A DNA stretch of 64,000 nucleotides from an uncultured Bacteroidota bacterium (GCA_902796805.1 CADBQG010000001.1:33106-97105), one strand, 5' to 3'. Positions 47,893 through 57,575 are shown, counted from the first letter of the stretch. Made by a program: numbers and translations. The notes: a model not told the origin generated them from the sequence alone.

Positions 47893-49719
47893 ATGAAGAA
47901 ACTTTTTGTATTGAGTATGTCTCTCGTAATGATTATTACGATGAACAGTTGCGGACTGGGGAAAATGATAAAGAAGTACCCTGAAGTTTCCGTCACCCTT
48001 GACAATCCGGATTTGGAGAACAAAGGCGGCGAGGTGTCGTACACCATTAAGGGCACCATACCCCCGAAGTACATGAAGAAGAAGGCCACCATGACATTCA
48101 CGCCGTCATTGTCGGTCGACGGTCAGAAGATCACACCTCCGTTCGCCACCATTACGCTCAAGGGCGAGAAGGCCAAGGGCGAAGGCACAACCATCAGCTA
48201 CAAGAACGGCGGCAGTTTCACGCAGACCGGCACTTTCAAGTTCGACGAGAGCTATGAGACCGCCGAGATCCTGAGCGGAGCGACGGCATCGCTGAAGAAG
48301 AAGTCCCATGTGTTCCCTGACAAAAACCTTGGCGAGGGCATCAGCAACACCTCTTCACGCGCCAATCTGACCCCGACTTTGTCGGAGACGGCCGGCAACG
48401 GCACCCATTTCCTCTACGCGCCTCACAACTACAAGGCGGAGTTCATCGGCAGGACAGCCACGATATACTTCGACCTCAACAGCGCGAACATGAACTGGAA
48501 CAACCCCAACAACAAGACCAATGCAGCGAAGGACTCCATAAAGGCGTTCACCGACTTCATGAACAACGATTACATAATAGACCGCGTGGTGATTTCCGGC
48601 TGGGCTTCTCCCGAAGGCGAGGAGAGCAACAACCAGGGACTTTCAGAGCGCCGTTTCCAGGTCGGGAAGAACTGGTTCAACGACAAGTACAACACCTACC
48701 TCAAGGACTTCGCGAAGCGCAACAACATAAAGCTCAAGGATCTTCAGAAGCCTGTGTTCCAGTATGTGAACAATGCCAACGGCGAAGACTGGGACGGTTT
48801 CGAGGCAGCGGTCGAGAAGTCGAGAATAGCCCAGAAGAACCAGATTCTCAATGTGGTGCGTTCGCAGTCGAACAACGCCATGCGCGAACAGAAGATTCGT
48901 GAGATGACCGATATCTACCCTGAGATCGCCGACGCGATACTTCCTCCGCTGCGCCGCGCCGAGATACAGATGATTTGCAAGAAACACGACACCTATTCCG
49001 ACACCGAGCTGATCAGGCTTGTGCAGAAAAACCCGGCAGACTTCTCTGTGAACGAGCGTCTTTACGCGGCTTCTGTGGCCGACGACTTGGAGACGAAGGA
49101 GAACATCTACAATAGTCTTACAACCTCAAGGAACACCGAGGGTGACTGGCGCGCATACAACAACCTCGCCGCCATCAAACTGAACGAATATTACAAGAAC
49201 GGTAACAAAGCCGACCTTGAGGAGGCACTCAGCCAGCTCCGAAAGGCCGAAGCCCTTTCCCCGAACAACGGGATAATACTCAACAACATGGCAATAGCAG
49301 ACTATTTGCAGGGCGACCTTGCCGCAGCCAAGTCGAACTTCGAGGCTTCCGCCAACGCGTCGGTTCAGCCTGTGAACCAGAACTACAACACCGGCTCGCT
49401 CAGCATCCTGAACGGCGACTACTCCAAAGCCTACCAACTTATCGGGAACAACAGCTGCGACTACAACACCGCGCTTCTCCAGTTGTTGCAGAAGGACTAC
49501 AACGCCGCCAAGAACACTCTCGACTGCATCCAGAATGTTGACGCCAAGACTGCCTATCTGAAGGCCGTTCTTTCAGCGAGGATGAAGAACGAGGAAGGTG
49601 TTTACAGCAATCTCGAGGACGCCATCAGCAAGGATTCGGGTTACAAGAAAACCGCCAAAAGAGACGCTGAGTTCAAGCGTTACCGCCATTCCGACAGGTT
49701 CAAACAACTTGTAAGATAA
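47893..49719 (+). CDS. Lipoprotein with OmpA-like segment and TPR-like C-terminal region
   Basis: Lipobox MKKLFVLSMSLVMIITMNSC. GWASPEGEESNNQGLSERRF resembles the OmpA C-terminal-like motif. The C-terminus is helical-repeat-like. Confidence 0.65.
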   Translation: MKKLFVLSMSLVMIITMNSCGLGKMIKKYPEVSVTLDNPDLENKGGEVSYTIKGTIPPKYMKKKATMTFTPSLSVDGQKITPPFATITLKGEKAKGEGTTISYKNGGSFTQTGTFKFDESYETAEILSGATASLKKKSHVFPDKNLGEGISNTSSRANLTPTLSETAGNGTHFLYAPHNYKAEFIGRTATIYFDLNSANMNWNNPNNKTNAAKDSIKAFTDFMNNDYIIDRVVISGWASPEGEESNNQGLSERRFQVGKNWFNDKYNTYLKDFAKRNNIKLKDLQKPVFQYVNNANGEDWDGFEAAVEKSRIAQKNQILNVVRSQSNNAMREQKIREMTDIYPEIADAILPPLRRAEIQMICKKHDTYSDTELIRLVQKNPADFSVNERLYAASVADDLETKENIYNSLTTSRNTEGDWRAYNNLAAIKLNEYYKNGNKADLEEALSQLRKAEALSPNNGIILNNMAIADYLQGDLAAAKSNFEASANASVQPVNQNYNTGSLSILNGDYSKAYQLIGNNSCDYNTALLQLLQKDYNAAKNTLDCIQNVDAKTAYLKAVLSARMKNEEGVYSNLEDAISKDSGYKKTAKRDAEFKRYRHSDRFKQLVR

Positions 49720-49740
49720 CAAACGTCGCAAGTATATAAG

Positions 49741-49787
49741 CAATCTTCCGCCAAAGACGTCTGTCTGAGGCGGAAGATTGTTGTTTT
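49741..49787. terminator. Bidirectional terminator hairpin (12-bp perfect stem)
   Basis: CAATCTTCCGCC-16 nt-GGCGGAAGATTG followed by TTGTTTT. It lies between convergent genes. Confidence 0.7.
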
Positions 49788-49830
49788 AAATGAAGATGTT
49801 TCTGATGCCGGTATGCTGTTGCAAAGGTTG

Positions 49831-51243
49831 CTAAAAGACTACCACTATGGCGTACTTGGCGTTCTTTATCACATTGTTGGGAACAGTTACAAAATATTCG
49901 CCGCCTTTTTTTGTCAGTGTTGCCTTCTCCTTGAAACCGAGAATCTGCAGTTTGGATTTTTTGACGTTGTTTTTTATGCCGCTGAATGAAAATGTTGTGG
50001 AAGAGGACTCCCCCTCTTCCGGGAGCAGAATTATGGCGTGGCTTTCCCCGGTTTTCGACTGAGTGAACCTGATGTTCTTGCATGAGTAGGGATAGAGTGG
50101 GCGGGTTCCATAGATTGCCTTGCCGTTGGTTTTCAGCCACTGTCCCATGTCATGAAGGCGTTCCACGGCCTCCTTGGGCAGCTCGCCTTCCGGCGACGGT
50201 CCCACGTTGAGCAGGAAATTGCCTCCTTTTGCGACGATGTCGGCGAGCAGGTGCACGAGTCTGTGCGACGACTTGTAGTTGTCGGTGGCCACGTATGACC
50301 ATGAGTCGCCCATCGACATGCAGGTCTCCCAGGGATATGGCAGAAGTGTGTCGGGAACCTCCTGTTCCGGAGTCCTGTAGTTCTCGTATTTTCCGTGCAC
50401 GCTCCTGTCAACGATTATAAGGTCGGGGTTGCCTGCGCGTGCGTTGTCGGCAACGCGTTTCATGTCTATGTCCTGGATCCAGCCCTGGCAGCCGAGCCAG
50501 TCCCTCACCTCCTCGTCAACGCTCCATTCCGGGCGCACCCAGCCGCCGTCAAGCCAAAGTATGTCGATGTCGCCGTAGTTGTGCGTGATCTCGGCAAGCT
50601 GCTTTCTCGTGAAATCGCAGTATTTTTCCCACCTTTCAGGATGTTTTTCAGGGTCATAGTTCACGTTCCTGTCGGGTGTGGCCCATTCATGTGCCCAGTA
50701 GTCGTCGCAGTGCCAGTCGGGTTTAGAGAAATAGAGGCCAGTCCACAGACCTTGCTTTCTGAACGAGTTTACGAGTTCACCCGTGATGTCGGCTTTAGGG
50801 TTAGTGGAAAACGGACACTCTTTCCCGGTAACCGAATAGTCGGTTTCCTTTGTGTCGAACATGCAGAATCCGTCGTGGTGTTTAGTGGTGAACACGAAAT
50901 ATTTCATTCCTGCCTCTTTGGCGAGCGCGGCCCACGAGTCGGGGTCGAACTTCACGGGGTTAAAGGTTTTGTTGAGGTTCTGGTATGCGGCCTTGTACTC
51001 GGTGTAGTCGGCGCCCTTCCTGTCTATCCATGGCTCGTTGCATATTGACCAAGACTCAACAACGCCCCATTGGGAGTAAATGCCCCAGTGCATCATAAGC
51101 CCGAATTTGAGGTCCTGCCATTGGTCTATCCTGTCAAGAATCACGGGGTCGGTTTCAAAGTCGCGCTCTGTTTGTGCCGTTGCGCAGGGAAGGGCAAGTA
51201 TATAGAGAAGCGATAAAACAGTAAATAATGTTCTTTTGTTCAT
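49831..51243 (-). CDS. Alpha-L-fucosidase (GH29)
   Basis: Signal peptide. MHWGIYSQWG and FTTKHHDGFCMFDT motifs are typical of GH29. Confidence 0.85.
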   Translation of the reverse strand: MNKRTLFTVLSLLYILALPCATAQTERDFETDPVILDRIDQWQDLKFGLMMHWGIYSQWGVVESWSICNEPWIDRKGADYTEYKAAYQNLNKTFNPVKFDPDSWAALAKEAGMKYFVFTTKHHDGFCMFDTKETDYSVTGKECPFSTNPKADITGELVNSFRKQGLWTGLYFSKPDWHCDDYWAHEWATPDRNVNYDPEKHPERWEKYCDFTRKQLAEITHNYGDIDILWLDGGWVRPEWSVDEEVRDWLGCQGWIQDIDMKRVADNARAGNPDLIIVDRSVHGKYENYRTPEQEVPDTLLPYPWETCMSMGDSWSYVATDNYKSSHRLVHLLADIVAKGGNFLLNVGPSPEGELPKEAVERLHDMGQWLKTNGKAIYGTRPLYPYSCKNIRFTQSKTGESHAIILLPEEGESSSTTFSFSGIKNNVKKSKLQILGFKEKATLTKKGGEYFVTVPNNVIKNAKYAIVVVF

Positions 51244-51292
51244 GACTTTCTGAAAATTTGTGAATTTAACAAGAACCGGTTACTTGTTCTAT

Positions 51293-51326
51293 AAAAAAAA
51301 GGTGTGCTGGAACACACACCTTTTCT
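51293..51326 (-). terminator. Hairpin terminator downstream of the C10 peptidase gene
   Basis: AAGGTGTG-ctggaaca-CACACCTT flanked by A8 (plus strand) and TTTTCTTTC. Confidence 0.6.
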
Positions 51327-51352
51327 TTCTTCTTGAAGAACATTGTTCTCGA

Positions 51353-53650
51353 TTATTGCACGATGAATTTCTGTACGTTCTTGCCGTTCGAGGTGTTCAT
51401 GTTCAGGAAATAAACGCCCTTTGCGAAGTCGTTCACAGAAATCGTGTGTTTCTGTGTGCCGCCGGCATGGTGTATTTGGTCTGTGTACACTGTCCTGCCT
51501 GTGAGGTCAACGATCTCGGCGGAGATTGTCTGCTCCTCGTCGGAGGTGATTTCAACGGTGATGTCTGAAACGGCAGGGTTTGGAAATACAGATGCGGAGA
51601 ACTTCTCGGTGTTGTTTATCCCTGTGTTGCCTCCCCAGTACTCGAACTCAAAGCCTGAGCCCTGGTATTCGTTGTCGGATGCGAAGCGGACTTTTATTCT
51701 ACCTGTGGGAATACCTCCTTGAGAAACGGTGGGTATGTCGAGTGTGTAGTAAACACCGGCTGCAGGCACGTTGTTGGCGTCGTAATGGGCGAGGAGTTGG
51801 CGGTCCTGCATGTTTGCATAGTAGTATATGTCAACGAAGTCGCCGCCTTTGAGGTCGAACTTGTTGAAAATGTAAGCGAAGCGGTTAGTGTATCTGAGGT
51901 TCAGGTTATATTCGCACACATTTGAAGGAATATAATCCTCGTCGCTGATTTCGTTGTTGGGCTTGTCGGTGAGAACTGCGGTCTGGTCAGTGTAGTCGCG
52001 TGTGGTGCAGCCGCTCTTGCTGAAGCTGTTCACCTTGTAGCTCAGCACGAAGCCGAAGTCTGTCTCAGAGTCCTCGGTAGAGGTGAAGACAACAAGCACG
52101 CTGTCAGCATTAACGGTGATTGCAGCGGGGAGTTGCTGACCTTCGTAGTCGGCTTCAACGCTGCCGGAGATTGGCCAGTAGTCGTTGCAGGCTGCCATGA
52201 GGTAGTTGCCGCTGTACTGCTGCTTAATGCCTGACGCTGTGGTGCCGCCGTTGTAGATGATGACTTTGTCGCCCTCTTTCACTTTCAGTTTGTCGAAGCT
52301 CAAGGTGTAGGATGTGGCGTTGGGGCAGGCGAGTACCCACTGGCGGTTCGAGCCCTTGGCGTATTTCATGTTGCCGGCACCGTCGCTGATGGTTCCGAAG
52401 CTTGCTGTAACGCGCCTGAAGCTCTCGGCCGGCTTCACTATTGACAAGGAGTCGGGCATGAGGGACACCATCATTGAGTTGGAACTTGTGCCATCTTGGT
52501 ATACCATATTGAAGTTTCCTGAACTTGATGTGTTCTGGTTGTTGATGAGGAAGTATCCGTTGTTCCGACCGTTCCAGCCCCAGTTCACGTGGAAGTATGT
52601 GGCGTTGCCTATTGTTGTGTAGCCGTCAACAATCCAGGCGTGGCCGCCCGCAGTTGCGCTCGCGCCCGAGAAGAAGAGAGGACGTCTGTTGTCGAGCTCT
52701 TTCTTTGCTTTGTCAACCCATTTGTAAAGCAATGAATCGTGGGTGGCGACGTCGGACAAATTTTGGAACTGTGCGTATTCGTTGAAGAAGTAGTGGGTTA
52801 TGAGAGCATTCAGCGCGCGTTCCGACTGCGAGCCGGAGCCGTCGAAGCCGTAGCTCATTCTGGTTGCCACGCCGCAGTGGTAAATAAGCTTTGCGAGTTC
52901 ACCGTCATAGCTTTCGAGGCGGTTGGCCATGGCGTCGTAGTTGTAAGTGGCCTGTGAGTAGTTCACGGTCTGCATGGGGTAGGTGTATGTCACCTGGTTG
53001 TTGGTGTCGTATTCGTGGGGGATGTATGAGGCCATGCCGTATCCGCTTTCAGGGAAGCGGTAGTAGAAGAGTATGTTTGCCATCGTCAGGGCCACGCATC
53101 CCACAGGGGTGTGGAAGTCGTCGTTGTACGAGTTGCGCGGGTTGTAGGGGCACATGGTGTTATAGTACTTCTCTTGTGTCCAGCGAGTTGTAACGAGCGG
53201 TTCAACGCACGGGTTGCTTCTTGAAACCATAGGCTGGAAGTCGGCGGCGAGGTAGCGGTCCCATGAGTTGCGTATCGTGAGGGCTCCCTCAGGATTGCGG
53301 ACAAGACTCGACAAGTCTCTCTTGTACTGTTCGTTATAGAGATCGGCACCGGTTCCTTTCTCGAAATTGCTCTCCAATGAGTAGGCGAGGACGGGGTTCG
53401 CGAGCTCCGTTGCCGAGACAATCATGAAGCCTTTGTCGCCGACTTGGAAACGGTAGGTTACAGGAATGCCCTCTTCCGAGTATTCGGTGTTTACAAGGAC
53501 GATGTCCATCTGGCTGGCTTTTGTGAAGCCTACTCTTTCAACGAGGAAGTTCTTGGATGCTTTCATAGCATCCTCCACGGGAATCACGCCGGTTGCGAAG
53601 CCCAGCATGACGAACATCAGCAAAGATGCCAAAAGTGTAAATTTTCTCAT
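51353..53650 (-). CDS. C10 (streptopain-like) cysteine peptidase with T9SS C-terminal sorting domain
   Basis: Signal peptide, propeptide-like N-terminus, PVGCVALTMANILFYY (Cys) and GGHAWIVDGY (His). The C-terminal ~80 aa (VFPNPAVSDITVEI...KGVYFLNMNTSNGKNVQKFIVQ) is a Por secretion tail. Confidence 0.8.
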   Translation of the reverse strand: MRKFTLLASLLMFVMLGFATGVIPVEDAMKASKNFLVERVGFTKASQMDIVLVNTEYSEEGIPVTYRFQVGDKGFMIVSATELANPVLAYSLESNFEKGTGADLYNEQYKRDLSSLVRNPEGALTIRNSWDRYLAADFQPMVSRSNPCVEPLVTTRWTQEKYYNTMCPYNPRNSYNDDFHTPVGCVALTMANILFYYRFPESGYGMASYIPHEYDTNNQVTYTYPMQTVNYSQATYNYDAMANRLESYDGELAKLIYHCGVATRMSYGFDGSGSQSERALNALITHYFFNEYAQFQNLSDVATHDSLLYKWVDKAKKELDNRRPLFFSGASATAGGHAWIVDGYTTIGNATYFHVNWGWNGRNNGYFLINNQNTSSSGNFNMVYQDGTSSNSMMVSLMPDSLSIVKPAESFRRVTASFGTISDGAGNMKYAKGSNRQWVLACPNATSYTLSFDKLKVKEGDKVIIYNGGTTASGIKQQYSGNYLMAACNDYWPISGSVEADYEGQQLPAAITVNADSVLVVFTSTEDSETDFGFVLSYKVNSFSKSGCTTRDYTDQTAVLTDKPNNEISDEDYIPSNVCEYNLNLRYTNRFAYIFNKFDLKGGDFVDIYYYANMQDRQLLAHYDANNVPAAGVYYTLDIPTVSQGGIPTGRIKVRFASDNEYQGSGFEFEYWGGNTGINNTEKFSASVFPNPAVSDITVEITSDEEQTISAEIVDLTGRTVYTDQIHHAGGTQKHTISVNDFAKGVYFLNMNTSNGKNVQKFIVQ

Positions 53651-53693
53651 TTCTATAGAATTTTATTTATACATTATTCCAATAAACCGACTG

Positions 53694-53701
53694 CAAAAAT
53701 A
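53694..53701 (-). promoter_or_regulatory. Candidate -7 box (TATTTTTG on minus strand) for the C10 peptidase gene
   Basis: TAnnTTTG match, 44 nt upstream of ATG 53650. Confidence 0.4.
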
Positions 53702-53735
53702 CAAAAAAGAAAAATACAAAAGATTTTTTCAATAC

Positions 53736-53770
53736 AAAAAAAAGCGACCCGCATGAAGGTCGCTTTTTTT
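53736..53770. terminator. Hairpin terminator flanked by A- and T-runs
   Basis: A8-AGCGACC-cgcatgaa-GGTCGCT-T7, immediately downstream of the 53777-55024 gene (minus strand). Confidence 0.65.
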
Positions 53771-53776
53771 GTGGGA

Positions 53777-55024
53777 TTACATGTTCTTCTCTATCTTTCT
53801 TTCAGCCTTTTCTATTTCCCTCTGAAGGCTGCCGGGAAGTTCGCCTTTCATACACTGGTGGCATTTCATGTCGAGCGTGTACATTCGTCCGATGCAGTAA
53901 TTGGAATGCTTGCAACCGCTGCGCTCGACCTCTCCCGAATGTAGTTTGTTCACGAAGTCTGTGTCGTGCACGAGTGCGCGGGCCATCTGGAAGGCAGTGA
54001 ACCCGGAGTCGAGCACCATCTCCATGTCTTTCCTGTCAACCATCCCGCCGACGTAGATGAGCGGCATGTTGACGGCTTTTCGGAAGCGCATTGCGGTTTC
54101 ATAGAAGTAAGCGTCCTTGTAAGGCACTGTAGGGATGACGATGCGTCCGCCGATGTGCAGTCCGAGCTTCAGCCACCAGAACTTTTTCATGTCCATGTAG
54201 TGGGCGAGGGTTTTAAGGGGCATCGCGCCGCGCATGACCTCCATAGGAGCCTTGCTGACGAAGCCTGCGGTGAGCACCAACGCGTGCACGCCGAGTCTCT
54301 CCAGCTCTTGCGCCACCTGTATGCACTCGTCAACCTGCATACCGCTGCGGAAACCGTCGTACATGTTGGTTTTCACAACCACGGCCATGTCGTCTTTGGC
54401 TTCCTTCATCACCTTGGTTATTACCTCGCGCATGAAGCGCATTCTGTTCTCGAGGGTGCCGCCGTATTCGTCTTTGCGGTGGTTGGTATATGGCGACAGG
54501 AACTGGCTTATGAGGTAGCCGTGCCCGGCATGTACCTCAATGCAGTCGAAGCCGGCGCGGCGGCACAGGTCGACGGCCTTGCCGAAATCCTCCTCTATCA
54601 TGGCGATGTCCTGTTTCGACATCTTCTTGGTGAATGTAGGGGAATAGAGGTTGAACCTTCCAGACGGCGAGAAAGGCTTCTGTCCGCAGGTGGCGCGGTG
54701 TGTCATGTTACCGCAGTGCCCTATCTGTATCGAGGCTTTCGCGCCTTCCGCGTGGATGGCGTCCGTCAGCTTCTTGAGTTCCGGCACGATCTCTTCGCGA
54801 AGCCACAGCTGTCCGTCGAACGAGAGTCCGCTGCGGCTCACCGAGGCGTATGCCACGGTGGTCATTCCGATGCCGCCGCGCGCAACGGCGGTGTGGTAGT
54901 TGAAAAGTTCCTCGGTAGGACGGTTGCCGTGCGCCATGTTTTCAAACGCGGCGGAGCGTATGGTTCTGTTTTTCAGTGTTACAGGTCCTATCTGACAAGG
55001 CGTGAATATCTTTGAGTCTATCAT
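53777..55024 (-). CDS. NADH:flavin oxidoreductase (Old Yellow Enzyme / 2,4-dienoyl-CoA reductase-like N-terminal domain family)
   Basis: TLKNRTIRSA, IQIGHCG, GFDCIEVHAGHGYLISQFLSP, and DEYGG motifs. Confidence 0.8.
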   Translation of the reverse strand: MIDSKIFTPCQIGPVTLKNRTIRSAAFENMAHGNRPTEELFNYHTAVARGGIGMTTVAYASVSRSGLSFDGQLWLREEIVPELKKLTDAIHAEGAKASIQIGHCGNMTHRATCGQKPFSPSGRFNLYSPTFTKKMSKQDIAMIEEDFGKAVDLCRRAGFDCIEVHAGHGYLISQFLSPYTNHRKDEYGGTLENRMRFMREVITKVMKEAKDDMAVVVKTNMYDGFRSGMQVDECIQVAQELERLGVHALVLTAGFVSKAPMEVMRGAMPLKTLAHYMDMKKFWWLKLGLHIGGRIVIPTVPYKDAYFYETAMRFRKAVNMPLIYVGGMVDRKDMEMVLDSGFTAFQMARALVHDTDFVNKLHSGEVERSGCKHSNYCIGRMYTLDMKCHQCMKGELPGSLQREIEKAERKIEKNM

Positions 55025-55042
55025 TTTTGGCGAAATTTGTTT

Positions 55043-55819
55043 CTATTTTATTTTTGAGAAGATGCGGAGGGCGTTTTCGGTGGTTTTCTCCATCACTGTC
55101 CTTACCGGAACGCCGAGCAGTTCGGCGATTTTCTGTGCGATGAGGGGGATATATCCGCTTTCATTTGTGGTGCCGCGATGCGGCGTTGGGGCGAGATACG
55201 GTGCGTCTGTCTCCAAAACTATGTTGTCCAGGCCTGTTTTTACAACAATCTCCTGTAATTTGCTGTTCTTGAACGTAACAATGCCGCCCACGCCTATTGC
55301 GAAACCGTGCTGCGCGGCCCACTCGGCTTCCTGAATGCCGCCTGAGAAACAGTGCAGCACGCCGGTGAGCGAGCCTGTTTTGTACTGGTTCAGGATGGGT
55401 ATTGCCTCGGAGTATGCGTTGCGAATGTGAAGCGACAGGGGCAGCTGCATCTCGCAGGCCCAGTCCAACTGCCTTTTGAACACAATCTGCTGCTCCTTCT
55501 CAAAGTCGCGGTCGTGGTAATAGTCAAGGCCTATCTCTCCGACCCCCACTATGTTCCGGTCTTCAAAATGGTTTTTCAGTTCATCGAGAACTGTCTCATA
55601 GTCTTCCCTGACGTCAGAGGGGTGGAGCCCCACAAGTCCGTAGATGTTTTCCGGGAAGAGGCCGGCGGCCTCGGCGATGAGCGCTGGTGTTTGTTGATCC
55701 ACGCCGGCGAGTATGATTTTCCGGACGTTTGCGTCAACCGCCCTCCGTATCACCGACTCCAAGTCGTCAGGGTAATACTCGCGATAGAGGTGTGAATGCG
55801 TATCTACAAAATAACTCAT
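55043..55819 (-). CDS. TatD family metal-dependent hydrolase
   Basis: FVDTHSHL N-terminus, PLSLHIR, GVLHCFSG, and LETDAPYL motifs. Confidence 0.88.
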   Translation of the reverse strand: MSYFVDTHSHLYREYYPDDLESVIRRAVDANVRKIILAGVDQQTPALIAEAAGLFPENIYGLVGLHPSDVREDYETVLDELKNHFEDRNIVGVGEIGLDYYHDRDFEKEQQIVFKRQLDWACEMQLPLSLHIRNAYSEAIPILNQYKTGSLTGVLHCFSGGIQEAEWAAQHGFAIGVGGIVTFKNSKLQEIVVKTGLDNIVLETDAPYLAPTPHRGTTNESGYIPLIAQKIAELLGVPVRTVMEKTTENALRIFSKIK

Positions 55820-55830
55820 TGCAAAACAGA

Positions 55831-56349
55831 TTAGAAGCGGTATTTCACACCTATCGCTATGTTAAGAAGGTTGGTGTAGAGGTTTCCCTGGCGCAGTCCG
55901 AACACGTTGATCATGGGTCGCCAGTCGGCGCTCAGGTTGAAGGGGATTTTGAAGGGGTATTCTATTCCGAGCTGCGCGCCCACAGGCACTCCGAAGCGGC
56001 TGTAACCCATGATGTCGTAGTATTCGCCATAGCCGTACGATATTCCTGCGGCCACGCCGATATACCAGTTGAATCCGTGGTTCAGTCCGTGCAGCCAGTC
56101 GTAGGCGGCCACGGCCTGCACGCGTCCGTAGTGGTATAGTTCGTTGCCGGTGGCCTTGTTTACAATCCTGTGGGTGATGAAAGGCGTTACGCCGAGGTCC
56201 ACCTCAAGCATGTTGTTGCGCAGGCTGTGCTGGTATGTCAGCTCGATGTTGTAGCCGAAACGTCCGCCGATGGCGCGGGGCTGTGCGCTTACGGAGCCTG
56301 CCGCCGCCACGAGGGCGAGCAGAAAAAGCGATGTTATTTTTCTATACAA
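55831..56349 (-). CDS. Small outer-membrane beta-barrel protein (paralog 1), probable TTG start
   Basis: Aligns with its neighbour from the signal peptide (..LFLLALVAAAGSVSAQPRAIGGRFG) to the C-terminal aromatic end (GVKYRF). No ATG occurs at the homologous position; TTG at 56347-56349. Confidence 0.6.
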   Translation of the reverse strand: MYRKITSLFLLALVAAAGSVSAQPRAIGGRFGYNIELTYQHSLRNNMLEVDLGVTPFITHRIVNKATGNELYHYGRVQAVAAYDWLHGLNHGFNWYIGVAAGISYGYGEYYDIMGYSRFGVPVGAQLGIEYPFKIPFNLSADWRPMINVFGLRQGNLYTNLLNIAIGVKYRF

Positions 56350-56460
56350 GGCTGTGATGTTTGGTTTTGGTATTTTGCAAGAAAAACTCTGTTGACAGCA
56401 GTTTTCCTGATGCCAACAGAGTTTTGTGTTTCTGATGTCCGGATGTTCCCGAACCATCTG

Positions 56461-56985
56461 TTAGTGGAACCTGTAGCGCAAGCCCACGCCGAAGTTGTAG
56501 AGCCCTGTCCAATGCTTGTAGTAAGGGTTGGTGAAGCTCATCACGTTCACTGTGGGACGCCAGTCTACGGTGAGGTTCAACGGGATGTTGAACTGCCATT
56601 CAAAGCCTATCTGGCCGCCGACGTTGAGACGGAATGGCATGTACGGTCCGTCATAGTAGGGGGAGTTGTAGTAGGGGCTGTTGCTGTAGTACCTGTAGGC
56701 AGTGCCGTAGCCGAAGCCGACACCGGCTGTCGGGCCAACGAACCAGTTCCAGATTCCCTTGATGTTGAACGACCAGTCGAATGACGCGTTCACGTCAACG
56801 GCGCCCCATGTGCTCCACAGCGGACCCACACCTGCGGTGAGGTCAACATACATCATGTCGGTGATTGAGTGCTGGTAGGAGAATTCCTCTGATACACCCA
56901 AGCGGCCGCCTATGGCGCGCGGCTGGGCGAAACCCACTGCTGCGAATGCAGCCACAAGAACCAAAGTTGTAAAAATCTTTTTCAT
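56461..56985 (-). CDS. Small outer-membrane beta-barrel protein (paralog 2)
   Basis: Signal MKKIFTTLVLVAAFAAVGFAQ, alternating beta-strand pattern, and C-terminal GLRYRFH. Confidence 0.65.
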   Translation of the reverse strand: MKKIFTTLVLVAAFAAVGFAQPRAIGGRLGVSEEFSYQHSITDMMYVDLTAGVGPLWSTWGAVDVNASFDWSFNIKGIWNWFVGPTAGVGFGYGTAYRYYSNSPYYNSPYYDGPYMPFRLNVGGQIGFEWQFNIPLNLTVDWRPTVNVMSFTNPYYKHWTGLYNFGVGLRYRFH

Positions 56986-57009
56986 GTCAATGAATTTTTA
57001 TATGAGCCG

Positions 57010-57017
57010 CAAAAATA
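57010..57017 (-). promoter_or_regulatory. Candidate -7 box (TATTTTTG on minus strand)
   Basis: TAnnTTTG match, 25 nt upstream of ATG 56985. Confidence 0.4.
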
Positions 57018-57100
57018 TGTTTTTTTCTTAATAACTGTTAAAAATGTTGACGTATTTGTGAACAGCGCGAGTTTGATAAAAGAGTGGCGTAGGAGTCGTG

Positions 57101-57568
57101 TCACTTGGTCGACGAGACGTTTGCCTTGATGGTCAGGATGGTCTCGGCGGGGTATGTGTTGGCGCCCACAAGTATGAGTTTCGTGACGTTTCCTTTCTGT
57201 CCCTTGGAGTCGAATGTCACGAGGATCTCCCCGCTTTCGCCGGGGCGTACGGGAGCCTTGGGCGGCGTGGATGTGGTGCAGCCGCATGTGGCTTCCGACG
57301 AGTATATTATAAGGTTTGATTTTCCGGTGTTCTTGAACTTGAAGGGGTATGAGAGCCTTTCGCCTTCAATCACGTCGCCGAAGTCGTAGGTGGTCTGCGA
57401 GAAGGTGATCACCGGCATCTTCTTTGCCTCTTTCTCCGACAGTCCGTCGGCGGTCTGCGGAATGTGTATGTCGTTGACCGTGAAGTCACCCTCTTTGGCG
57501 GGTTTCTGCTTGCACGTGCAGAGCAGCAGAATCATCGCGGAAGCCAAAAATATTGCTGTCTTTTTCAT
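57101..57568 (-). CDS. DUF1573 domain lipoprotein
   Basis: Lipobox MKKTAIFLASAMILLLCTC. The pattern YDFGDVIEGERLSYPFKFKNTGKSNLII...CGCT is typical of DUF1573. Confidence 0.8.
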   Translation of the reverse strand: MKKTAIFLASAMILLLCTCKQKPAKEGDFTVNDIHIPQTADGLSEKEAKKMPVITFSQTTYDFGDVIEGERLSYPFKFKNTGKSNLIIYSSEATCGCTTSTPPKAPVRPGESGEILVTFDSKGQKGNVTKLILVGANTYPAETILTIKANVSSTK

Positions 57569-57575
57569 ATTTTCG

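Noticed and set aside
53966-55015. 349-aa plus-strand ORF antisense to the flavin oxidoreductase gene
   Set aside because: The opposite strand carries clear OYE-family motifs. This ORF is His/Val/Ala/Gly-rich without any signature.
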